This document shows, in pieces, positions 1 through 9,727 of a DNA stretch of 64,000 nt. Numbering within the stretch: the first letter of the stretch is position 1; the number at the start of each line of letters is the position of its first letter. The notes under the pieces were generated by a model. That model searched no databases. It was not told where the DNA came from and saw only the letters and a list, made by a program, of their open reading frames with translations. The DNA is taken from contig CAXXYE010000004.1 of NCBI GenBank assembly GCA_963674865.2, positions 128,001 through 192,000 on the forward strand, given 5' to 3'. The DNA is from Candidatus Hydrogenedentota bacterium (GTDB taxonomy: Bacteria; Hydrogenedentota; Hydrogenedentia; Hydrogenedentales; SLHB01). The translations under genes and the position numbers were made by a program.

Positions 1-512
1 TTCTTCGTGCCGCGCCACGCGCCGCTCGCGTAATAATCCTGCGAGCGGAACCACTTGACGTAGGCGTCACCGAGGATGAGTTTCCCGAACCGTCCCTCGT
101 CAAGGGCTTTCCGGATGAGTCGCGGCCCATCAGCAAAGCGACTCTGGAAGATGCATCCGAGCTTGACGCCTGCCTTGTCGGTGGCCGCGATGATTCTGTC
201 GATCCTCTTTGTACTCACCTCCAATGGCTTCTCGGCGATCATGTGCTTGCCGGCGGCCGCACAGGCCTCAGCCACCTCAGCGCGGAAGCCGCTGGGAACA
301 CATAGGCAGATCACCTGGATGTCGTCGCGTTGGAGCATCTCGCGGTAGTCGGCATACGCCGTCGCTGAGTGGCCCTCGGCGAGCAACTGGGCGTTCCTCT
401 CAATGACATCCGCCACCGCGACGAGCCGGGCGCCTTCGACTTGCTCGATGCTCCGGGCGTGGGTGGGCGCAATGGCCCCGCACCCGATGATTCCGAATCC
501 TATTTCTTCCAC
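1..512 (-). CDS. Gfo/Idh/MocA family oxidoreductase (3' end runs off window)
   Basis: Not in ORF track. Hand translation from GTG at 512 (AAGGAG RBS upstream): MEEIGFGIIGCGAIAPTHA...AGKHMIAEKPLE...LGCIFQSRF...YVKWFRSQDYYASGAWRGT; GxGxIA and EKP motifs. Confidence 0.92.
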   Translation of the reverse strand, partial: MEEIGFGIIGCGAIAPTHARSIEQVEGARLVAVADVIERNAQLLAEGHSATAYADYREMLQRDDIQVICLCVPSGFRAEVAEACAAAGKHMIAEKPLEVSTKRIDRIIAATDKAGVKLGCIFQSRFADGPRLIRKALDEGRFGKLILGDAYVKWFRSQDYYASGAWRGTK

Positions 513-840
513 GCAGTCGTACTCCTTGGAAGACGGAGGCCGGCAGGACTCCTTCCACCCCATAGGACAAGCACGGTGTAACGTCCAGTGCGCATTACGG
601 TAGAATACCTCTAGTGCCGCACGCGGCGGCACAGCCCAACACGGACAGTAACTGGGGAGACAGAAAGCCGTCGCGAAAAGGGACGACCTAAGGCCGCAGA
701 CGACAGCATATCCCGTCTCCTAGTGTGCTCAAGAAGCCCATCCATTGTCAACAGGGGGCTGCTAGACGACAGCCTGGGGGTAAAACTCATAACTATGCTA
801 AAATCAATACAACATCCTTGTTTGGGCGCAAAAAAGACTC

Positions 841-869
841 TTGACATTTTCCATCACGGACACTAGCAT
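841..869 (+). promoter_or_regulatory. Putative sigma70 promoter for the ABC transporter gene
   Basis: TTGACA-17 nt-TAGCAT in an AT-rich intergenic tract. Confidence 0.55.
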
Positions 870-907
870 GCGCCAAAGTGCTTGCGGAAACATGACTTAT
901 GTGGTTA

Positions 908-920
908 AATCAAGCTATTG
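908..920 (+). promoter_or_regulatory. IHF-consensus site
   Basis: AATCAAGCTATTG matches WATCAANNNNTTR exactly. Confidence 0.35.
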
Positions 921-951
921 AGCGGTCCATGAATTGGGGCATGAACCGACT

Positions 952-3855
952 ATGAGTACTATAGATTTAGAGTCATCACAGATTCGCCGTCCGCTCCCGG
1001 CTCTCGTCAAGAAGGCCCTCACAAAGCGAAATATCGCTGAGGACGATGTCCTGGTCGCTACGGATACGGACCTCGACATTCCCGGCGAATATTCCGAGCA
1101 GTGGGTTATCGTGACGAACGAGCGCGTCCTCGTCTTCATGGTTGATGAAGAAGAGGATGAGGCCCTGCTCACGCGGGAAGTAATTGTTAACGAGATCGAG
1201 ACGGCGCGCACCGACACGCGCGTGGGCTCGGGTTTCCTCGAAGTCAAAATCAACGACGTCTTCGAGGAACTCGCTCGCTTCTCAAACAAGAACGCCGAGA
1301 AGTTCGCACGCGTCGCTCACCGGCTCAAATCCCTCGCGGAGGGCAAGCAGGTCGAGGTCGAGGCCGAGGAAGAGGTCATCGGCCGCTGCGAGAAATGCGG
1401 GCGCCCGCTTCCCGACAAGCACATGAAGGTGTGTCCAAAGTGTGTGAAGCGGGGCACGGTATTTGTCCGGTTCCTGATACACACGCGCCGGTTCTGGCCC
1501 CATGGCGCGCTCGCCCTCGTCTTGGTGATGATTTTCAGCGTGATTCAGTTGGTGCCGGCCCAGTTCGTTCGCGTGCTTGGCAAGAATGTTCTTTCGCCCG
1601 ATCCCAAGCCGATGCCGCATTGGTTCCGCATCGTTACCGAAATGCTGCAGTTCGAAACGCGGGAGCAATACCTCTACATACTTGTCGGCGGCCTGGTGAT
1701 CATCACCGCGCTATCCTCGATCGTGGCGTTGGCGCGCGAGACACTGGCTGTCTGGATAGCCAACCGGTTGGCGTTCGATCTGCGCCGCCAAGTCTTCCGT
1801 AAGCTCGAGGACATGGCCATCCGCTATCACGATAGCCATCCCGTCGGACAATTGATGACGCGTTGCTCGCAGGACGTCGAAGCGCTGCAAGGCTTCGTGA
1901 ATCAGATGACATCGGGTTTTGGCTACCAGATCATACTCGTTGTCGCCGTGGCTGTCGTGATGTTCACGATGAACTGGAAGTTGGCGCTCTGGGCGATTGT
2001 CCCCGCGCCCTTTGTGATGGCTTCCACGGCAGTCTACTACCGCCGCATTGTGCCTCGGTGGCGGAAGTACTGGAACGCGCGCTCGAGCTTGTCCAACGCG
2101 CTTCACAGCACGCTGAACGGCGTCCGCGTCGTAAAGGCATTTGCCCAGGAGGCCCGCGAGGCCGAGCGCTTTGATGGATACAGCGGACGCTTCCGCGATG
2201 CCGGCCTCACCGTTGGATTCTCCACCGCCCGCTTCTACCCGCTTGTCGGATTTGTTTTCCAGTTGGGGAGTTTTGGGATCTGGCTTTTTGGCGGCATGGC
2301 CATTATCAGGGGCTCGCTGGATTTCGGCGACCTCATGGCCTTCCTCATGTATCTGGGCATGTTCTACGCGCCGCTCAACTCGCTCACGCAGATGTCCACG
2401 TGGTTTACCTCATTCACGACGCAAGCCCACCGTGTTTTCGAGGTCCTTGATGAGGAATCGGAGATTGAGGAAGCCGAAGACGCGGTTGACGTGGAGATCC
2501 AGGGCGCTATTTCGTTCAGCAACGTCACCTTCGGCTACGATCCGCACATACCGGTGCTTCACGACGTCACGTTCCGCGTGCATCCGGGCGAGATGGTTGG
2601 CATCGTCGGGCACAGCGGAAGCGGCAAGTCCACAACCGTCAATCTGATCATGCGTTTTTACGATGCGACGGAAGGCACGATTACAATGGATAGCATCGAT
2701 GTCCATCGTATCAAGAAGCTCTGTCTTAGGCGGCAGGTCGGACTTGTGCCCCAGGACCCGTTCCTCTTCCGGGGAACGATTGCGGAGAACATCACCTACG
2801 GCAATCCGCGCGTCGCGCCGGAACAGGTGCTCGGCTCGGCCTTGGCGGCCAATGCGCACATGTTCATCACGCGTATTCATGACGGCTACGACACGCGGCT
2901 CGGCGAGCACGGCTCGGGACTGTCCGGCGGCGAGCGGCAGCGCGTCGCCATCGCCCGCGCCTTGCTGCACAACCCCCACGTGCTGATCCTCGACGAGGCC
3001 ACGTCGAGCGTGGACACGATAGCCGAACGCGAGATTCAGAAGGCCCTGGAGGCCTTGAGCCTGGGGCGCACGACGATCGCCATTGCCCACCGCTTATCCA
3101 CCCTGCGGAATTGCGATCGCATCCTCGTATTCGAGGAAGGCAACATTCGCGAGCAGGGCACGCACGAAGAACTCATGGCCCTCGACGGGATCTACCGAAA
3201 ACTCGTCAAGATTCAGACCCAGCTCACGAGCGATAGTACGAGTATTAACGACGTCGCGAGTGCGGAGGTCATGGAGTATATCCAGCGGGACAGCGAGCAG
3301 GTGGCGGCGGAGAAAGCCGCGGCACGGCAACGGCTCGAGGCGCCGCGCATCCGCTACCTGAATCCCAAAAACCTGCACATCTTCTCCATGGATGAAGGCG
3401 GGATGCGCGTTGTGTACAACGATGAAGAGTTCGACTATGTCAGGGCGTATCGCTGCTTCCCTGTGTCACGCCCGAGCGAGTTCGTCGCTCTGTGGACGGG
3501 AAGCTCGGCGCTTGAACATAATGAGATCGGCGTCATCCGCCGGCTAAAGGAGGTGGCGCCGAGTTCCCGGCTCTCCGTCGAGCACGAGCTCTCGAAGCGC
3601 TACTTCATCCACTACATCAAACGCATTGTCAGCATCAAGGAGGAGGTCGGCTTCCTCGAGTGGAACGTCGAGACGGACAAGGGCGATATGGAGTTCCTTA
3701 CCAAGCGCTTCGAGCGCGATACGGTAGTCGAAGGGCCCGTGAACGCACGCATCATCTTCGATCTGGATAACAACCGCTACGAAATCGAGGATGTGGACAC
3801 GCTCGATCCCGCCAGCAAGGCGACATTCCTCAAGAATATCTACTGGCTCGACTGA
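952..3855 (+). CDS. ABC transporter (fused TMD+NBD exporter fold) with N-terminal Cys4 knuckle and C-terminal DUF1854-like domain
   Basis: GHSGSGKST Walker A, LSGGERQR signature, ILDEATS Walker B, IAHRLST; CEKC..CPKC before TMD; C-terminal RCFPVS..ELSKRYF..WNVETDKG segment; start 952 (ATG) or 934 (TTG). Confidence 0.9.
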   Translation: MSTIDLESSQIRRPLPALVKKALTKRNIAEDDVLVATDTDLDIPGEYSEQWVIVTNERVLVFMVDEEEDEALLTREVIVNEIETARTDTRVGSGFLEVKINDVFEELARFSNKNAEKFARVAHRLKSLAEGKQVEVEAEEEVIGRCEKCGRPLPDKHMKVCPKCVKRGTVFVRFLIHTRRFWPHGALALVLVMIFSVIQLVPAQFVRVLGKNVLSPDPKPMPHWFRIVTEMLQFETREQYLYILVGGLVIITALSSIVALARETLAVWIANRLAFDLRRQVFRKLEDMAIRYHDSHPVGQLMTRCSQDVEALQGFVNQMTSGFGYQIILVVAVAVVMFTMNWKLALWAIVPAPFVMASTAVYYRRIVPRWRKYWNARSSLSNALHSTLNGVRVVKAFAQEAREAERFDGYSGRFRDAGLTVGFSTARFYPLVGFVFQLGSFGIWLFGGMAIIRGSLDFGDLMAFLMYLGMFYAPLNSLTQMSTWFTSFTTQAHRVFEVLDEESEIEEAEDAVDVEIQGAISFSNVTFGYDPHIPVLHDVTFRVHPGEMVGIVGHSGSGKSTTVNLIMRFYDATEGTITMDSIDVHRIKKLCLRRQVGLVPQDPFLFRGTIAENITYGNPRVAPEQVLGSALAANAHMFITRIHDGYDTRLGEHGSGLSGGERQRVAIARALLHNPHVLILDEATSSVDTIAEREIQKALEALSLGRTTIAIAHRLSTLRNCDRILVFEEGNIREQGTHEELMALDGIYRKLVKIQTQLTSDSTSINDVASAEVMEYIQRDSEQVAAEKAAARQRLEAPRIRYLNPKNLHIFSMDEGGMRVVYNDEEFDYVRAYRCFPVSRPSEFVALWTGSSALEHNEIGVIRRLKEVAPSSRLSVEHELSKRYFIHYIKRIVSIKEEVGFLEWNVETDKGDMEFLTKRFERDTVVEGPVNARIIFDLDNNRYEIEDVDTLDPASKATFLKNIYWLD

Positions 3856-3906
3856 GCAGGCTCCATCTGAGAACCGCGCCCGGCCGCCTGGGCTTCTCTG
3901 GAGGTC

Positions 3907-6027
3907 CTAGCGATCCCCGTAGTGGATTTCATACTGTGATGTATCGAGATCTACGGTGACCCGCGTACCATCGCTGAATGCTGTCCGCTGCTTGCGCCAT
4001 GAGCCGTCGAGGAATTCGTGGCTCACCATTTCCTGCATGCCGCACCGGCGGGCCAGTTCGGCCGCTTCCTTCACCTGCGCTATGGCCTCGTTGTCCGCGC
4101 CGGGATTCACGTACGGCAGGCCCGCGTTGAGCAGGCAGTGTAGCTGGCCGGAATCGTTCTCCGGGATGCCCCAGCCGCCCTTGTCCGTCATCGACCACGG
4201 CAAGAGAATCGAGTCGTGGTAGACAAGATTGAAGAGGGGGGCCGATACGCCCATCTCCTTGCGATCTCCAAACGCCGAATAAGGGCCGTGGTGTACGAGG
4301 TCCAGCGATTGCACGAGATAGTCGGCGGGCTCTTCGGAGCTGACCACATAGCCTCGCGCGCGCAGTAGGTCGAAGCAATGGCGCCGGTACAGGGCGCAGT
4401 CGGTGCGTGTCATGGGATGGGCCGGCTGGAAGCTCTCTTCGAGTGGCACCACAGCGAAGACGTCCAGATAGGCGCCCCTTACCTTGATGCCATGCTGCGC
4501 GAAGAGGTCGTGATTGCGCCGGACGTAGCCTGGGGCGAAGCACGGACTGAGTATTGTCTGTGGCCCTCCGCACCACGTGGCATGTTCCTCGCGCGAGCCA
4601 TCTTGCCGCGTGGCGGCCAATCGATCATCGAAGGATACCGCGTTAAAGTAGAAATCGCGATACTGATCATGCACGGCAAACAGGTAGCCGATCTCATCAC
4701 AGGTGTCGGCAAAGGCCCGGAGGCCGTCCCAACCGCCTTGTTCCTCGCCGGGCGGCAGTACGTCGGGATGGCCGTTGTCATAGCCGTAGAAGCCCCACCC
4801 GTCGAGATGCACGTAGGCACTCTCGACTCCTTTGGCCTTGAGTCCGCGCAAGCCGTCGGCGAGTTCGGCGAAGGTGCGCAGTGAATGGTTGGCCTCAATG
4901 CGCTCCTTGTTGAACAGGGACGCCTCCTGGACAAAGTGATACAGCGCGCCTAGGTGGACGACAGGCTTGCCGATGACTTGGTCGAGGGCGGGCGTACGCG
5001 CCAGTTTTTCCCTGAGCGAGACAAAGCGCCCCGTCTCCTGGACGTGTCTCCGGTAGCGCTTCGCCATCGAGACATAGGTGGCGTCATCGTCGAAGACGTA
5101 GCGTACCACGCGCGTGTAGCCGAAGGCGCCGAGGCTGGCGTACCAAATGGGCTGGATACGCGTCGGGCCTCCTGACGGGTGATCATAGGCGCCCCCAGCG
5201 TCGTTTGAGGTCTCTAATATGGTTTGGACGCCGCTGCGGCCGTGAAGCTGACCCCACCAGGGCATATAGAGCCACCGTGAGTTGACCAAGTCCTTGTTGT
5301 GGATATCTTGGGGCCAGTTCCCCGGCAGGAGCATGCCTTGCATGAAGGGAATGACGGAGCAGTCCGTTTCGCCGTTGTCCAGCACAATTGGCTTGGGCCA
5401 ATTGAGCGTCTTCAACGGTGCGTGCATATCCTGCGCCGCGATCTCGAAAACGGCCTCATTGCCGACGAGATTGGCGGTGATGGAAAGGCCGAAACCCGGC
5501 GCGGCCTTGAACTCCCCGAACGACATCGTCATGCCGATGCTGTAGCCGGTGTTGAATGCCTCAGCCGATCGGCTTGCGGCGTCGAGCAGGCTGAATGAGC
5601 CCTCCTGCGTCTCGATATCGGCCTCGTTGGACGGTTCGAATCGCCAGGTGTAGGCGGGGGTTGTGACCGTCATGCTCATGTCGGACTTCGATACCGAGAG
5701 TGCGATGGCGTTATTCCCAATGTGCCAGGAGTCCTCCTCGTCGGCGAAGGCGCCTTGAGGCATCTCGGGGCGTTCGGCGGCATTCGCCCAGAGCCATTGG
5801 CGGACCTCGTCCATCTCAAGATAGATCTCGTTGAATTCCGTCTCAGATGCCGCCCCGTTTTCGAGCAGCGTCTCCAAGTTTGCCAGTCTTGCGGCCCTAT
5901 CGTCGGCCAGACTTTTCGGCACGGTTACAGCCTTGAGCCGCGCCAGGTGTTGTCGAAGCACGTCGAGACGCGGGGCGAGGTCATCGGCCGCGGCGAACTG
6001 GGAAGTCAGAAGGAACAGGACTAACAT
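3907..6027 (-). CDS. DUF5696 / GH129-like glycoside hydrolase (alpha-N-acetylgalactosaminidase-like), secreted
   Basis: Signal peptide; YVHLDGWG..GYDN.HP, HDQYRD, WCGGPQT, YLDVF and SSEE motifs recalled from GH129/GH101-related enzymes. Confidence 0.7.
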   Translation of the reverse strand: MLVLFLLTSQFAAADDLAPRLDVLRQHLARLKAVTVPKSLADDRAARLANLETLLENGAASETEFNEIYLEMDEVRQWLWANAAERPEMPQGAFADEEDSWHIGNNAIALSVSKSDMSMTVTTPAYTWRFEPSNEADIETQEGSFSLLDAASRSAEAFNTGYSIGMTMSFGEFKAAPGFGLSITANLVGNEAVFEIAAQDMHAPLKTLNWPKPIVLDNGETDCSVIPFMQGMLLPGNWPQDIHNKDLVNSRWLYMPWWGQLHGRSGVQTILETSNDAGGAYDHPSGGPTRIQPIWYASLGAFGYTRVVRYVFDDDATYVSMAKRYRRHVQETGRFVSLREKLARTPALDQVIGKPVVHLGALYHFVQEASLFNKERIEANHSLRTFAELADGLRGLKAKGVESAYVHLDGWGFYGYDNGHPDVLPPGEEQGGWDGLRAFADTCDEIGYLFAVHDQYRDFYFNAVSFDDRLAATRQDGSREEHATWCGGPQTILSPCFAPGYVRRNHDLFAQHGIKVRGAYLDVFAVVPLEESFQPAHPMTRTDCALYRRHCFDLLRARGYVVSSEEPADYLVQSLDLVHHGPYSAFGDRKEMGVSAPLFNLVYHDSILLPWSMTDKGGWGIPENDSGQLHCLLNAGLPYVNPGADNEAIAQVKEAAELARRCGMQEMVSHEFLDGSWRKQRTAFSDGTRVTVDLDTSQYEIHYGDR

Positions 6028-6044
6028 CTCTCAACTCCTCTCCA

Positions 6045-9000
6045 TTACCATCGCACACTGTATTTGAGCGGCTTGTCTTCGAAATGGCTCTTCAGGACAA
6101 CGGCACTGAGCTCGGCGTCATATGTCCAGCCATGGGACTGCGATTGAAGGGCTGTGCTATCGGCCATGCGCGGCCCCCCGCCTTGCACGCGGATAGGCTC
6201 CGGCACGGGGGCCAGCATCGAATAGGTATCGAATCCGGCCACGCCCGTCAGCGTGAACTTGATGACGCGCCGTGCGAGGGAACCCCGGCCATGCCCGATG
6301 TCCGCGGCGCTGTTGAGAAAGATCATCGCCTCCGGCTCATCCCCGAACCGGGCAAACCGGATCTCGGGCGACCGCCCGCGCAGGCGGAAACCGTTCATGA
6401 GGATGTTCTCGGGGCCGATATCGGCGGGATTTGGCGTGTTCTTAACCATGTTCCAGGAGTCGGGATAGCACCCCTTGCTTGGCCCATCAGCGTATTGCTG
6501 CCACTCCGCGGAACGGGTGATGCCCTCGGCCACCCGGCGCCAGTCAAAGGAGTCGTCGAACTCGGCGAGGTCCTGAAGGGCGTAGGCATACACCAGCCCG
6601 CACCAAACCACCGGGAGTCCCAGCCATGAATGGGTGAAGAATGTGGAGCCGATTACGGAAATGACGTTATAGCGCATGGTTGGATAGCCGTCGAGTTCCC
6701 ACATGTAGATGAACGGCAGGCCGCTCCAGGCCCAATAGCGCGCGTGGGCGAGGTATTCGGCGTCGCCCGTCATGCGGTAGGCCTCGCAATACGCTCGAAT
6801 GGCCTGGCCGGCGGCTAGGATATCCGGTTGGTAGAGGGGGCATTCCCACACCTGCGCCCCACGAGGTACCTCGTAGCGCGCCATCTGCTCCATGGCTTCG
6901 AGTGCGTCGTGGCGAAGCGCCGTGTCCCCGGTGAAACGCGCCGCGCGCAGGGCCGTCCAGGAGGCGTGGGCCGCCTGGCCCAAGGTGTGGTCGCCGGGCG
7001 CCCCCAGGATAGCGTGCTTCTCATCCTGCGGTTGCCATATCCATAGTCCGTTCTGCCTCGCGTCCAAACGCGCAAGAGCGTTCCGCCGAAAATCGCGCAT
7101 ACTCTCGGCGACGTATCCATACAAGAAGGGAAGCTCGCCCATCACGATATGGCAGCCAGCGTTCGTCCAGAGGTAGTGCGGCCCCTGTTCGCGTATCGCC
7201 CGTTCGACAGCCATGGCAACATGACGCTCGATCTCGCTACGCACCTCGGATGAGGTCCCGGCGCGTGCGTCGGCGAGCAGCGGGACAGCATGCCCCACGA
7301 GAAGCCCCGGCTCCCAGCCGTGGCAATGCGACCACCCCGGCGGCTCCTCGCTCCATATCGCGTTGAAGTAGGCGTCCCGGCACAGCGCCCGCTCTTCTCC
7401 CCATGTGCGCGGCGGGTCGGAGGGGGCGGGAAGTCCGTACACTTGAAACCAATGGCGCATGGCTTCGAGTGCCAGTGCGCCCCTGTGTGGGCCGTGAACC
7501 AGACTCTTTTGAGAGTACCTGGCGGCGTGATCGAGCACAAGCCATGACTCTAGGCGCAACACGCCCCCGCGGGGGAGGTGATAGGACTTGTCTGCCTGAT
7601 ACGTGTTCTCGGCGACGTATTCACCCACCGATGGCGCGAAAAGGGACATGTGAATGTGTTCGTAGCCGGAGTCGGGATGGGGCGCCAGAAACCGGGCGGC
7701 TGGGCGTTTTTCCTGTTCCGCCCACTCCTGGTTGGCCTCCCACATCAACGAGATCAACGCATTCCGGCCCTGCACGGCCATCAGCGGCGTCGTGATTTTG
7801 TATGCGGCCGGCACGCGGCGATCGCTCGACGGATAGGCCAAGTCGCGTTCGGAGGAGGATTCCTCGTCGGCTTCCAGGTATTCCAGCCCGGGGAAGATGG
7901 CGAAGTCCTTCTCAACTCCGAAGGCACGATCACCTGCCAAGATAACCGGCCCATAGAAGGCCGAGATATCGAGATCCGCAAACGTCTGGAGCACACTATC
8001 CATTTCGATGCGTGGGGAATCGGCGCTTGGTTTGAAGAGGACGCGCACGGTGCAGGGCGCCGCAAGCCCTTCCGTGCCTTCCAGGTCAACGATAAGCACG
8101 TTCTCATCCGTCTGAAAGGCCGAAACGCGGAGCGGGACCTCCAGGGTGGCTCCCGCACTTGTGCGGGCAACTAGTCGCGCAAGGGGCCAGAGAGAGCCCA
8201 CGCGTTGCCAGGCGGCGCCGTTCCACGCCTCGGCGATGGCGTAGCTTGATGACTCGTCAAGGACGAAACTGAGGCGGGACCACGCGTTGGACACGACGGC
8301 GGCGATGGGCCGGCCGGGGGAGAGGGAGACATCGGGCTGCTCCGAATGGTTGGTGTCTGTGGCTGGTTCGCGAGGAAAGACTCTGACGGAGGCGGAGACG
8401 GGGGAGAGAGCCGGGATCTCGCATCGCACCGCGAGAGGGCCGGGCTGCGCACTCACAAGATTGGGCAAGGCGTACGTGCGGCGCTCTCCGGGCGGCAGCG
8501 TCCCGATCGCCGGTGCTTCAACCGGGGCCGGCCCTCCGCAGGGCATTGCCACCTCGACGGAAATCTTCTCGTTGCCGTGATAGACGCCCAGGCCCCTGTT
8601 TTCCAGGTTTAGGAGGGCCGAAAAGGGGCGGCCTGCCGTGGCCAAGGGCGAGCTGAAGTCGAGGCCGACAAACCGCAGGCCGGCCGTGTGCGGTGCAACA
8701 TCCAGGGATACAAGCTTCGCCCCGCCTTCCAAGACATCGAACTGGACAGGCTCGATACGCTGGAAGTCAAGCGGGATGAGGTGGGTGCCAGGCTGAAGGC
8801 TCGCCTCTTCGCCGGCTTCGCCCATGCTGAATCTCACGGATGAGGGCGTTTCACAGCGTATGCGGGCCAAGGCTACGCCCGCCGAATCCTCTGGTAGCGC
8901 CAGATAGTCCTTCGCGGCCTCAACGGTGACAAGAAGCGGCCGCACGAAGACGGCCCAGTCGTAGCTGGAATTCGCGGCAATAGCGTTGGTGTGAAACGCA

Positions 9001-9509
9001 ATGGCCACCTCTTGGCCACGCCAGGGCGAGAGGTCGACCGCGCGTGCCTTCCAGGCGGACTCAGCCAAGTTCTCCTCGAAAACGATGGCCTCGCCAACAG
9101 TCACGGCGAATTTCACGCCGTTTGGATTGGCGTTGGAAGTGTCCCACGGGATGCCATCGCGCAGGCCGATATGGAAGAGGAGCACCGGCTTGCCGGTAAC
9201 GGAAGCGTCCGGAAGGGATACGGCGGGATAGGTGAGTATCGCGTCCTCTGAAGTGTCTTGCGGATGCAGGAAGATGCCGGGGGCCTGTCTCGACCCCGAG
9301 CGTTCACTCTGGCTCGCGGATGCGGCCAGTGCTTTCGCCGGTGTTGCCAGGCCGAATTCGGCTACGAAGTCCTTGAGGACACGCACGCCCGGCTCGCGGG
9401 CATCCGCGGGAGTGGCCTGCGCGGCGATAGCCAGCGCAGCCGTGAGGGTGAGGCGGATGCACCACATTCCGCAACGCGTCGGCCTTGTGTGGCGTGCTCC
9501 GATATCCAT
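6045..9509 (-). CDS. Large secreted hypothetical protein (beta-sandwich N-terminal region, probable helical toroid C-terminal domain)
   Basis: 1154-aa ORF with GGAGG RBS and signal-peptide-like segment; aromatic-rich helical C-terminus (EAYRMTGD..YL..ARYWAWSGLPF). Confidence 0.8.
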   Translation of the reverse strand: MDIGARHTRPTRCGMWCIRLTLTAALAIAAQATPADAREPGVRVLKDFVAEFGLATPAKALAASASQSERSGSRQAPGIFLHPQDTSEDAILTYPAVSLPDASVTGKPVLLFHIGLRDGIPWDTSNANPNGVKFAVTVGEAIVFEENLAESAWKARAVDLSPWRGQEVAIAFHTNAIAANSSYDWAVFVRPLLVTVEAAKDYLALPEDSAGVALARIRCETPSSVRFSMGEAGEEASLQPGTHLIPLDFQRIEPVQFDVLEGGAKLVSLDVAPHTAGLRFVGLDFSSPLATAGRPFSALLNLENRGLGVYHGNEKISVEVAMPCGGPAPVEAPAIGTLPPGERRTYALPNLVSAQPGPLAVRCEIPALSPVSASVRVFPREPATDTNHSEQPDVSLSPGRPIAAVVSNAWSRLSFVLDESSSYAIAEAWNGAAWQRVGSLWPLARLVARTSAGATLEVPLRVSAFQTDENVLIVDLEGTEGLAAPCTVRVLFKPSADSPRIEMDSVLQTFADLDISAFYGPVILAGDRAFGVEKDFAIFPGLEYLEADEESSSERDLAYPSSDRRVPAAYKITTPLMAVQGRNALISLMWEANQEWAEQEKRPAARFLAPHPDSGYEHIHMSLFAPSVGEYVAENTYQADKSYHLPRGGVLRLESWLVLDHAARYSQKSLVHGPHRGALALEAMRHWFQVYGLPAPSDPPRTWGEERALCRDAYFNAIWSEEPPGWSHCHGWEPGLLVGHAVPLLADARAGTSSEVRSEIERHVAMAVERAIREQGPHYLWTNAGCHIVMGELPFLYGYVAESMRDFRRNALARLDARQNGLWIWQPQDEKHAILGAPGDHTLGQAAHASWTALRAARFTGDTALRHDALEAMEQMARYEVPRGAQVWECPLYQPDILAAGQAIRAYCEAYRMTGDAEYLAHARYWAWSGLPFIYMWELDGYPTMRYNVISVIGSTFFTHSWLGLPVVWCGLVYAYALQDLAEFDDSFDWRRVAEGITRSAEWQQYADGPSKGCYPDSWNMVKNTPNPADIGPENILMNGFRLRGRSPEIRFARFGDEPEAMIFLNSAADIGHGRGSLARRVIKFTLTGVAGFDTYSMLAPVPEPIRVQGGGPRMADSTALQSQSHGWTYDAELSAVVLKSHFEDKPLKYSVRW

Positions 9510-9727
9510 GCATACACCTCCCTTACCGGATGGCCTCCAGCATGATGCACGGGAGTATAGAGTGCGGCTCAGAGTGCTTCAAACCTTCTGGAAGGCGAAT
9601 TAGCCTCTGGAATTGGCCGAAGAACCCACGCTAGAATGCGTGAAGTGTCCGTGTATCAAGGGGGATGTGCCCGGCGGCCAGTTGTCTGGCCCGAGGGTGC
9701 AGCCCTCGGAGGACACCTGAGTCTGGA

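Noticed and set aside
640..725. GGAGAC...GTCTCC stem with GAAA-rich interior as a possible riboswitch (similar stem near 37178-37216)
   Set aside because: Only 6-bp pairing; does not match the c-di-GMP, SAM, TPP or cobalamin consensus that I can recognise; an Rfam scan would settle it
5625..5650. GGTTCGAATC T-loop-like motif
   Set aside because: Lies inside the GH129-like CDS; no cloverleaf can be built around it
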